Shown here piece after piece: positions 1 to 7,984 of a DNA stretch of 64,000 bases; position 1 is the stretch's first letter; the number at the start of each line of letters is the position of its first letter. The notes below the pieces were generated by a model that was not told the origin of the DNA, made no database searches, and saw nothing but the letters and a program-made list of their open reading frames with translations. The stretch lies in assembly GCA_963783375.1 (NCBI GenBank), contig CAWANH010000028.1, forward strand, positions 224,001-288,000. Direction: 5' to 3'. This DNA is from Candidatus Eiseniibacteriota bacterium (GTDB lineage Bacteria > Eisenbacteria > RBG-16-71-46 > JABDJR01). The position numbers were made by a program, and so were the translations under genes.

Positions 1-2
1 TC

Positions 3-266
3 GGGCTCGATCCCGGACGGGAGGACCTGCCGTCGACGGAGGAATCGGCGGAGCGGCGGGTGGAGCGGAAGGACGAGGCGGCGCGGGTGCGTCGGGCGGT
101 GTCAAGACTACCCGCCCGCCAGCGCGAGGCGGTGGTGCTCCGGGAGTACGAGGGCATGAGCTACCAGGAGATCGCCGAGTCCATGGACACCTCGGCGTCG
201 GCGGTGGAGTCGCTCCTCCATCGCGCGGTGACCGCGCTCCGGAAGGATCTGGGCGGGAAGGGTTGA
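3..266 (+). CDS. ECF RNA polymerase sigma factor, 5'-truncated by window edge
   Basis: Frame is open from base 3. Sigma70 region 4 pattern LPARQREAVVLREYEGMSYQEIAESM...AVESLLHRA; followed by an anti-sigma gene. Confidence 0.9.
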   Translation, partial: GLDPGREDLPSTEESAERRVERKDEAARVRRAVSRLPARQREAVVLREYEGMSYQEIAESMDTSASAVESLLHRAVTALRKDLGGKG

Positions 267-311
267 GCGGGCGCCGGGCCCGGACGGCCGCGCGGAAGGA
301 AGGAACCGGCC

Positions 312-767
312 ATGACGGACGAAACCGAAGGCCACGTCGAGAGGCGGCTCCAGCCGTTCCTGGACGGAGATCTGGCCGCGTCCGAGGCGGCGGCGGTCGA
401 GGCGCACGCTTCGAAGTGCCCGGCCTGCGGCGCGGCGCTTTCGGGACTCCGTTCGGTCCACGCGCTCCTGGCGCTGGATCCCGGGGTCGAGCCGATCCGC
501 CCGGTGTGGCCCTCGGTGCGCGACGCGCTCCCCCGGCGATCCCCCGGAAGACCGTCGCCGGCCTATCTGTTCGCGGCCTCGGCTTTGGCCGCGGCCGGAC
601 TCTTCATCGGGCTTCACCTGGGGGGAGGGACCGCGGCGCGGACGGCGGCGATCGCTCCGGAAACGGCCTGGTCGAGCCTCTCGTCCACCCTGGGGAGCGG
701 CAGCCCGGGGAACCTGGCCGGGATCTACCTCACCGGCGTGGAGACGTCCCGGGGGACGGGGCGATGA
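312..767 (+). CDS. Zinc-binding (zf-HC2/ZAS) membrane anti-sigma factor
   Basis: LQPFLDGDL...HASKCPAC (HxxxCxxC) followed by one TM helix; directly downstream of the ECF sigma; AGGAAGGA RBS. Confidence 0.85.
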   Translation: MTDETEGHVERRLQPFLDGDLAASEAAAVEAHASKCPACGAALSGLRSVHALLALDPGVEPIRPVWPSVRDALPRRSPGRPSPAYLFAASALAAAGLFIGLHLGGGTAARTAAIAPETAWSSLSSTLGSGSPGNLAGIYLTGVETSRGTGR

Positions 768-837
768 TCTGGATCGCCCGGCTTTCGATGAACGGTGCGG
801 GCGTGCGGGGCGGCCGCGCGAGGAGAGGGACGGGACG

Positions 838-1305
838 ATGAGACCAATCTGGGTCCTGGTGCTGGGACTTTCGCTGGGGTTGAACGCGGGCCTTCTCTAT
901 CGGGAGTTCGCGGGCGGTCACGGCGAGCGGCGGGAACGGCGAACGCCCCCCTCGACCGAGGAGATCGTCAAGCACCGGCTATCCGAACTCAAGGGGAGCG
1001 TGGCGCTCACGCCGGGGCAGGAGTCGGACCTCCGGGGGATCCTCGAAACGACTATCCCCCGGGTCATGGCGCAGTCGGACAGCGTCCGCCGGGCGCGCTC
1101 GCGCCTGGCCGGGAAATACGCGGGGGCGGCTATCGACACCGCGGCGGTGCGGGCGGCGCTGGATGAGATGAACACCGCCCAGGCGACCCTGGACTCGACC
1201 ATCGCGGAGAGCCTCCTCCGCGAGGCGGCGCTCCTGACCCCCGAGCAGCGGGCGCGCTACGTGGAGCACCTCCCCTGGCGGCGCCACGGGCCGCGGGGGC
1301 CCTAG
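838..1305 (+). CDS. Periplasmic heavy-metal sensor / Spy-CpxP family protein
   Basis: N-terminal anchor LSLGLNAG and two LTPxQ motifs (LTPGQ, LTPEQR); typical third gene of ECF/anti-sigma operons. Confidence 0.8.
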   Translation: MRPIWVLVLGLSLGLNAGLLYREFAGGHGERRERRTPPSTEEIVKHRLSELKGSVALTPGQESDLRGILETTIPRVMAQSDSVRRARSRLAGKYAGAAIDTAAVRAALDEMNTAQATLDSTIAESLLREAALLTPEQRARYVEHLPWRRHGPRGP

Positions 1306-1483
1306 CCCGGATCAATCATGACCCCACTCTGCGGCGGGCATCAGACCGCCAGCTCGGGTGTCCTCGCGATCCGGATGAGAGTTCGGCGGGGCAAGCGTCG
1401 CCGGCGACTCTACCTGACCCCGGCAGAGCAAGGATCGCCGCCCGGCGCGTTCGCCCCGAGGGTCTCGACCCGGCTCCGGACGC

Positions 1484-1523
1484 AAAAAAACGGGGGCCGT
1501 ACCCGTCCCTGGTCCGGCCCCCG
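1484..1523 (-). terminator. Rho-independent terminator
   Basis: Minus strand reads CGGGGGCCG-N15-CGGCCCCCG-TTTTTTT (perfect 9-bp stem plus U7). Confidence 0.75.
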
Positions 1524-1665
1524 CCGTTGGCTTCGCGTTGCTTTGCGGAACCGGTTGGGTTCCACCCACAGGGTGAACGCCCCTGTCGCGTCTCCCTGTG
1601 TACCCTCAAGCGCAGGGCACGTGTTCTCTGTGCAGGTTCCGCGCCAGCGAGGGGCGGTCCGGCCC
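1484..1665 (-). ncRNA. Candidate ~180-nt structured RNA (rod-like, size similar to 6S RNA; family not identified)
   Basis: The 5' end can pair with the 3' end, there are several nested complementary segments, it ends in a terminator, and a weak TTGCAA-N16-CAACTT element lies just upstream. Folded by hand only. Confidence 0.35.
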
Positions 1666-1917
1666 TGGCAAGTTGGCCGCCCCCCTGCGATTTGCAAGCC
1701 CAAGCAAGGCCTGCCGGCGGGCGGGGTTCGGCCGGTCGTTCGACGCCGCCAGCGGGGCCTCGGTCATCTTCACGCAACCTGCAAGACCCGGGGGGCGTCC
1801 TTCCCCCCACGTCCCGTGCGCCCTGCACCCTCGATCCGTGCGACCCGCCATGAACCCGGGAGACCCCGGCGCCGCGCCGGGCCGGTGGGGACGGCCCGGC
1901 GCCACGGCGGGTGACGC

Positions 1918-2358
1918 TCAGTCTTCGGGGTCGGGAAACACGGTCAGGCCTTCGGCCGGCACGTACACCGTCTCCTTCCCCCGGTGGATCGTCGCGGTCA
2001 GAAGGAGCGGGACCTTCGGGATCGCGAACTCCGCGACCAGGCAACCGGCCAGGGTATCCCAGGCCAGCGGCGCCACCATTCCCTCCCCGGTGTCGTCGAT
2101 CACGGTGAGGAGGCCGCCCGGCGCTCCCGCCATCGAGGAATCGGTGAAGGCCAGCGCCGCGTCCTCGTCGAGGAGGTCGCGGACCTCCACCCGCAGGGTG
2201 TCGCCCCCGGCCACCGCGAAAACGTCGAGCCAGGGACCGGCGGCGGTCGCAACCCCTTCACCGGCCGCCGGAGCGGCGCCGCGCGCCGCTCCGGGAACCG
2301 CCGCGCCCAGGGCCCAGACCAGGAATCCAAACGCGAGGATCGTGTTCGTGCGTCTCAT
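1918..2358 (-). CDS. Small secreted hypothetical protein (146 aa), translationally coupled to the upstream giant protein
   Basis: ATG overlaps the upstream TGA (ATGA); Sec signal MRRTNTILAFGFLVWALGAAVPGAARG; acidic, beta-rich mature part. This is the real 3' portion of track ORF 1918..4017. Confidence 0.7.
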   Translation of the reverse strand: MRRTNTILAFGFLVWALGAAVPGAARGAAPAAGEGVATAAGPWLDVFAVAGGDTLRVEVRDLLDEDAALAFTDSSMAGAPGGLLTVIDDTGEGMVAPLAWDTLAGCLVAEFAIPKVPLLLTATIHRGKETVYVPAEGLTVFPDPED

Positions 2359-5300
2359 CGGATGGATATCGCCCCCATGTAGTCGAGCTTCTTCCCCCCG
2401 AAGATCCCGGCCGTCTCGCTGATCCGGTAGACCAGGTACTTGTCCCCGGATCGGGTGAAGAAGTAGGTGTCGGCGCCCATGGGGAAGGACCCGCAGGGGC
2501 CGCCGGTGTTCATGATCCCGATCTGGGCCCGCCCGAGGTTGATCTTCTTGTCCAGGCGGGCCACCTCGCCCTCGATCTGCCACTGCATCCACATGTAGAG
2601 AAAGCCCACTCCGGCCTCGAAGACGCCGCTGGAGATCCCCGAGGCGATGATGCCGGCCGGCGGCTCTCCCGTCGCCGCGGCCTCGGCCAGGGCCGATGCC
2701 GCCTCGCCGCCGCTCTGGGCCAGCTCCTGCATGATGTCGGCGGTCTTCTGGAGCTCCTCCCGGGCCTGCTCGGGACCGAGGTTCTCTATCATCCAGTTGT
2801 CGTAGGCGATCGCGCACTCCCGGGCCTGGCGGATCCGCTCCAGCTCGGCCCGCTTGGCCGCCGCCGCGGCCTCGCGTTTGGCGGCGACCGCCCGCTCTGC
2901 CGCTTCCCTCCGTTCGTTGGCTTCGCGGGTACGCCGGTCGTTCTCCTGCTGCTGCCGCCGGTCGTCGTCCTGCTTGCATCCGTCGGCGGCTTTGGCCGCC
3001 GCCTGCGCCGAGGCCTCGGCCCGGGACACGAGGCGCTTCAGGGCGTTGCACGCCGCCGCCGCCCGCTGGGCCGCATCCCGCGCCCGCCGGTACGCCGCGG
3101 CCGCCTCCTCGCACCGTCCCTCGGCCAGGAGCTTGCGCGCCTCGGCCAGGGCGGCGTCCCGGTCGGCCAGCGCCTGCTTCAGCTCGGCCAGCGCCCCGTG
3201 GTCTCCCAGGACCGCCTTGGCGTCGTTTCGCGCCCGCTCCACCGCCGCCCGGCCGCCGTCGCAGCCCACCAGCATCAGCCGGCCCAGGACATCGGCGGCG
3301 TCCTCGGCCTGGTTCGACGCGCCGTAGGCCCGGTCGGTCAGGTCCTCGACGTCGCAATCGGGAAGGGGCGGCACGCCGTTCTCGCCGTCCCGCCGCGCGT
3401 CGTCGCAGCGCTTGACCCGAAGGTCGCAGTCCTTCCCCGCCCGGGCCAGGAACGCGGACCACGCCGCCGCCCAGGCCTCGAGATCGTCGTAGGAGGCGAA
3501 GGATTTCGCGGTGTCCCCCAGCCGGGCCCGGGCGTCCCGCACCGCCGCCTCGGCCGCGTCCGCCTTCCGCTGTGAACGCTGGGCCTTCCTCCAGGCCCGC
3601 TTTTCGGCCTTCTTGCAGTGCCGGAGATCGCGGCGGAGGGTGATGGGGTTGGGCTTGGTCACCCGTCCGTTCACCCGCGCGCGCAGGCAATCCTCCATCC
3701 GCTTGTAGAACCGATGCGCGTCGGCCTCGTGGTGGAACCACACCGGCCCCAGGTCCCCGGTGTCGAGGCCGCTGTGGGCGTTGCGCCGGGCCGGGTAGCC
3801 CCTCTGATGATGTCCCTCCACGTGGTCGAGCCCCTCCAGTGACCGGTCGTAACAATCCCGGTAGGCGGCCTTCACCCCTTCGGCCAGCTCGTGGCAGTGC
3901 GCCGCCGCCGCGTCGTGTTCGGCGGCATCGGCCGCCGCCTGGTCGGATGCCTTTTCGTAGGCCGCCTCCGCATTGGCCAGCTCCGAGCGCTCGGCTCCGA
4001 GAAGCGCCTCCTCGCACGCCTTACGCGCGTCGCGGATGCGCTTCAGGATGTCCCCCACCCTGCGGTCCAGGACCTCGATGTCCTCGCACTTCACGCACCG
4101 GGCCAGGTCGGCCTGGAAGTCCTTCCACGCATCGGCGGCCTTCCCCAGCCGGGCGACTTCAGCCTCCGCGGCCGCGCGGGCCTCCTCACACGCCTTCGCG
4201 GCGGCGTCCGCCGCGTTCCGGGCCGCGGTCACCGCCTTCTCCGCCGCGGCCACGTCGGCTTGCTGCCGGGCCGTCTTCGCCTCGTAGCCCGCGGTGACCT
4301 TCCGGTAGTGCGCGGCGAGCCCGGGGTCGCCGGCCTGGTTGTGGGCCGCGGCGCCGCTCCCCAGGAAACCGGCGAAGTCCCGCGCTTCCCGCTCCGTTCG
4401 AGCCAACTTCGCCTTCGCCCCGGCCAGCCGGGCGTCGGCCTCGTCGGCGGCACGGGCCTTCCGCGCCGCGTCCTGGCAGGCCTCGGCCGCGCGGCAGAAG
4501 ACGTCCAGATCGGGCATCGGAAACCCGTCGATCAGCACCTGGAACCGCTTCTTCATCCACTCGCAGGGCCCGCCCCTTTCGGCGGGGGGACGGAGATCGG
4601 TCTCCTTCGGGGGCGCCGCGCCCTCCTCGGGCGGCGGTGTCCGCTCCTCCGAGGCCTCGGAGGACCGTGCACCGGCGCCCGAGAGCGCCACCGAGATCCC
4701 CGCCCGGTATTCCGTGTCGAATCCGTATCCGTTCAACCCATGGTGGCCTTCGAAGGCCTTCAGGACTGCGACGGCCTCGAACTCGGCCGAGACCCGGTCG
4801 ACCACGTCGGCCCGGAACCCGACCAGGACCAGGGGGCTCAGGTACGTCGTACCGTCGACCGGGGGCAGGGTGAATTCGACCCCGGCCAGGTTCGCCCGGG
4901 GATCGTCCGGGGACAAGGATTCGAAGCGCACGCCGGCCCCCAGGAACGGGCGGGCCCTCCGGTTCCTGATGAACCATCGAAGATCGGCGGATGCCGTGAA
5001 ACCGGTGAGGTCGGTGGTGACGACACCCTCGCCCGCCGCCGGGCCGGTGCTTCCCTCGACCGTGGCGTGGATCGGAAACGAGGCCTCGGCCCGGTAGAAC
5101 CCCAGGGTGGCCCTCCCCTCGATCGCGCGCGAGAGGGGGGTGGCGGCGAAGAGGTGGAAGGTGAAGGGGTCGTTCAAGGCGGCGCCGCCGCGGGACACGG
5201 AGAACGGCCCCCCGAGGCGTTCGGAGATCCGGCCGTACAGCGCGCCCGAGGGATCCAGAGCCTCGGAAAGAGACCCGGTGCGCCTGAAGTGACCCGCGCC

Positions 5301-5435
5301 GGAGTCGACGGGATGCGCGCGGCCGAACTCCACCCCCAGGCGAAGCCCGTCCGACCCGTCATCGCCCGCCGCGGAGGGCGCGGCACAGGCCAAGGCGAGG
5401 AGAGCGGCAAGGACGATCGAGCGACGTGGCGTCAT
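2355..5435 (-). CDS. Large exported protein: N-terminal outer-membrane beta-barrel, Cys-studded alpha-helical rod and hydrophobic C-terminal domain (1026 aa)
   Basis: Signal MTPRRSIVLAALLALACAAPSAAG; amphipathic strands (FTASADLRWF, RPFLGAGVRF, LVLVGFRADV, EYRAGISVAL); Pro/Glu linker; Ala/Glu/Arg/Lys-rich helical region. Confidence 0.75.
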   Translation of the reverse strand: MTPRRSIVLAALLALACAAPSAAGDDGSDGLRLGVEFGRAHPVDSGAGHFRRTGSLSEALDPSGALYGRISERLGGPFSVSRGGAALNDPFTFHLFAATPLSRAIEGRATLGFYRAEASFPIHATVEGSTGPAAGEGVVTTDLTGFTASADLRWFIRNRRARPFLGAGVRFESLSPDDPRANLAGVEFTLPPVDGTTYLSPLVLVGFRADVVDRVSAEFEAVAVLKAFEGHHGLNGYGFDTEYRAGISVALSGAGARSSEASEERTPPPEEGAAPPKETDLRPPAERGGPCEWMKKRFQVLIDGFPMPDLDVFCRAAEACQDAARKARAADEADARLAGAKAKLARTEREARDFAGFLGSGAAAHNQAGDPGLAAHYRKVTAGYEAKTARQQADVAAAEKAVTAARNAADAAAKACEEARAAAEAEVARLGKAADAWKDFQADLARCVKCEDIEVLDRRVGDILKRIRDARKACEEALLGAERSELANAEAAYEKASDQAAADAAEHDAAAAHCHELAEGVKAAYRDCYDRSLEGLDHVEGHHQRGYPARRNAHSGLDTGDLGPVWFHHEADAHRFYKRMEDCLRARVNGRVTKPNPITLRRDLRHCKKAEKRAWRKAQRSQRKADAAEAAVRDARARLGDTAKSFASYDDLEAWAAAWSAFLARAGKDCDLRVKRCDDARRDGENGVPPLPDCDVEDLTDRAYGASNQAEDAADVLGRLMLVGCDGGRAAVERARNDAKAVLGDHGALAELKQALADRDAALAEARKLLAEGRCEEAAAAYRRARDAAQRAAAACNALKRLVSRAEASAQAAAKAADGCKQDDDRRQQQENDRRTREANERREAAERAVAAKREAAAAAKRAELERIRQARECAIAYDNWMIENLGPEQAREELQKTADIMQELAQSGGEAASALAEAAATGEPPAGIIASGISSGVFEAGVGFLYMWMQWQIEGEVARLDKKINLGRAQIGIMNTGGPCGSFPMGADTYFFTRSGDKYLVYRISETAGIFGGKKLDYMGAISIR

Positions 5436-5473
5436 GGGGTCCGCCTTTCTTCCGTTCGCGGCCGGTAATTCTA

Positions 5474-5513
5474 CGAATATTCGAAACCTAGTGACCCGGA
5501 TCGCGGTCGTCAA
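5474..5513 (-). promoter_or_regulatory. Sigma70-type promoter for the giant-protein operon, with a palindromic operator candidate
   Basis: TTGACG (5513-5508)-N17-TAGGTT (5490-5485); perfect palindrome CGAATATTCG at 5474-5483 over the expected start site. Confidence 0.5.
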
Positions 5514-5720
5514 CCCCGGGGCGGCGGGGCGCGGCGATCGCGCCGGCTCCGGAAACGGCCGCGAGCCACCGGGATCCGGGCCCGAGACCCGTCTCCGGCC
5601 CGCCTGCTACCCTCTCCGGGTTCGGACCACCCCGGACGAGGGCCCCGGGAGACGGACGGCGACGCGCCGCCCCTTCCCCGAACGATGCGGCGCGAGCGCC
5701 CCGCGGAAAGGACGAGCGGT

Positions 5721-6320
5721 ATGAACCACGAGCGGCTTCCCTCGCGGGATGAGGCCTGGGCCCTTCTCTGCGAGTACACCCGGAGCGACTCCCTCAGGAA
5801 GCACGCGCTGGCGGTGGAGGAGGTGATGCGCGCCTTCGCGCGGGCGCGCGGCGAGGACGAGGAGCGCTGGGGCCTCACCGGGCTCCTTCACGACTTCGAC
5901 TACGAGGCCTACCCCGACCCGGCCGAGCACACCGTGGCGGGAGGAAGGATCCTCCGCGAGCGGGGCTACCCCGAGGACCTGATCCACGCCGTCCAGGCCC
6001 ACAACGAACGGAACGGGCTGGGCCTCACGCGCGAGGCGGATCTCGACCGGGTGCTCTTCGCGGTGGACGAGCTGACCGGCTTCGTGACCGCGGTGGCCCT
6101 GGTCCGCCCCAACAAGAGCATCCACGAGGTCGAGCCCAGGAGCGTGCGGAAAAAGCTCAAGGACAAACGCTTCGCCGCCTCGGTGGACCGCGATGAGGTC
6201 CGGCGCGGGATGGAGGAGCTGGGGGTCGAGGCCGACGAGCACATCCGGTCGGTGATCGACGCCCTCCGGGGCATCGACGTCGAGATCGGTCTCCAGGGAA
6301 CCCATGCCCGGGAGAGCTGA
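5721..6320 (+). CDS. HD-domain (HDIG) phosphohydrolase
   Basis: LRKHALAVE, GLLHDFDYE, AVQAHN, LFAVDELTG and KDKRFAASVDR motifs. Confidence 0.88.
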   Translation: MNHERLPSRDEAWALLCEYTRSDSLRKHALAVEEVMRAFARARGEDEERWGLTGLLHDFDYEAYPDPAEHTVAGGRILRERGYPEDLIHAVQAHNERNGLGLTREADLDRVLFAVDELTGFVTAVALVRPNKSIHEVEPRSVRKKLKDKRFAASVDRDEVRRGMEELGVEADEHIRSVIDALRGIDVEIGLQGTHARES

Positions 6321-6341
6321 GCCCGGGGCCGGGCGGCCCCG

Positions 6342-7889
6342 GTGACCGCCGCGCGCCGGTCCTGGCCCTGGCTGCTCGGGCTCGTGGTCCTCGCGATCTA
6401 CACGACCACGTTCGGCCGGATCCATACCTGGGATGCCATGGCCTACGCGGCCCGGGCCGCCGGGAACCCCCTGGTCTCCGAACGGTTCCTCTCCACGACC
6501 TTCTGGCACCCCCATCATCTCCTCTACATGGCCCTGGCCTCGGGCTGGCTCCGGGCCCTCGGAACCCTGGGCGACTCCGACCCCACCGGACTCGGGTCGC
6601 TCCAGCTTCTTTCCGCGCTCTTCGGGGCGGGCGCGGTCGTCCTCACCGCGCTCATCGTGCGACGGACGTCGGGGAGCGACTTCCGCGCGCTCGTCGCCGC
6701 CCTGGGGGCGGGGCTCTCCAGCGCACTCTGGCGATACTCCACCGCGGTCGAGGTCATGACCGCCTCGCTCTTCTTCCTTCTCCTCGGCGCCTACCTGCTC
6801 CTGGACCGGAAACGGACCTCCCGCGGAATCCTGGCCGGAGTGTCGCTGGCCGCGGCGATCCTTCTCCACCAGATCGCCGTGTTCTTCGTGGCCGCGTTCC
6901 TGGCCGCACTGTTTCCCCGGTCGCTCCATCACCGGGGGGAGCGGAAATTCCTGTGGGCGGCGGCACTCCTGGCGGCGGGCCTGGTCGTCGGCATCTACCT
7001 GGCGGTGGGGCGGGCCGGGGCGGGGATCACCACCGCGTCCGGTTTCGCCGACTGGATGACCCGGGTGCGGGAGCGGGCCCGTTTCGAGGCCACGCCGCTC
7101 GTCCGGACCCTGGTCTTCACCGCCCGCACCATGGTCGCGGCGTTCGTGTCCCCCGAACCCCTCGTCGCCCTCCGTCACCAGGGGATGAGCGCGTGGGCGG
7201 TGGCCGGAAGCGCGCTCTCGCTCTTCGCCGGGGGCGGGCTGGCCGCCGTCGCCTTCCGGCTCCGCCGCGGGGCGCGGACCGCATCCCCCGGCGACGCGCC
7301 CTGGTTCCTGGGACTGGTCCTGGGCGGCGTCCTCACCGCCCTCTTCATCGCCTGGTTCGAGCCCCTGAACCTCGAGTACGCGGTGTACCTCGTCCCCTTC
7401 GTGTGGATCGGGATCGCGGGTGGAGCCCCGGCGCTTCGGACCGGCCGCCTGGTTCCGGCGGCGGCGCTCCTCGCCCTGGCCGCGGCCAACCTCGCCGGCT
7501 CGATCCTCCCCGAACGGAACGCGGGGAACGCCCCCTACCGCGACCTCCAGGCCTTTGCCGGGGAGACCCTCCGGCCGGGAGACGTCTTCATCCTGGGCCG
7601 CGACGACGGCTCGATGCAGATGGCCCTCATGGTCTTTCCGCTCATGAGCGGAACGCGCACCCTGGCCTATCCCGCCGGCGCCCCGCCCGCCGCCGAGGCG
7701 CGCTATCGGGAGGAGATCCGCCGGGCGCTTCCCTCCCCCGGCCGGCCCGGTCCGAGGGTCTTCGGGCTTCGGGAAGCCCTCCCGGAGGCGCGCGCCGCAT
7801 CCCCGGTTCCGTTGAGCGCGAACCCGGTGGGCCGGCTCCGGGGAAAGACGGTGGTCGAACTCCTCGCGCGACCTCGGGTGATACACTGA
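6342..7889 (+). CDS. Polytopic membrane protein, GT-C fold (PMT/GT39-like) glycosyltransferase candidate
   Basis: About 11-12 TM helices; first loop TWDAMAY...HPHH; LWRYSTAVEV; C-terminal periplasmic tail. Confidence 0.6.
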   Translation: MTAARRSWPWLLGLVVLAIYTTTFGRIHTWDAMAYAARAAGNPLVSERFLSTTFWHPHHLLYMALASGWLRALGTLGDSDPTGLGSLQLLSALFGAGAVVLTALIVRRTSGSDFRALVAALGAGLSSALWRYSTAVEVMTASLFFLLLGAYLLLDRKRTSRGILAGVSLAAAILLHQIAVFFVAAFLAALFPRSLHHRGERKFLWAAALLAAGLVVGIYLAVGRAGAGITTASGFADWMTRVRERARFEATPLVRTLVFTARTMVAAFVSPEPLVALRHQGMSAWAVAGSALSLFAGGGLAAVAFRLRRGARTASPGDAPWFLGLVLGGVLTALFIAWFEPLNLEYAVYLVPFVWIGIAGGAPALRTGRLVPAAALLALAAANLAGSILPERNAGNAPYRDLQAFAGETLRPGDVFILGRDDGSMQMALMVFPLMSGTRTLAYPAGAPPAAEARYREEIRRALPSPGRPGPRVFGLREALPEARAASPVPLSANPVGRLRGKTVVELLARPRVIH

Positions 7890-7984
7890 AGCGAACCGGA
7901 TCCGACACGGCGGTCCGAGCCCCAAGCCGCGCCGTCCATCGACCCATCATCCACCCGACCCTTATCTGGAGACGTGTTCACATC

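Noticed and set aside
1306-1917. Protein-coding ORFs in this gap (1318..1914, 1410..1703, 1527..1853, 1312..1569)
   Set aside because: No motifs, atypical composition, and they overlap a terminator and the structured element.
6953-7984. N-terminal extensions of track ORFs 6953..9484, 9509..11800, 60054..61439 and 61016..63499 suggesting fusion proteins
   Set aside because: The extensions are alternate-frame read-through over neighbouring genes; real starts lie downstream with RBSs or stop/start overlaps.
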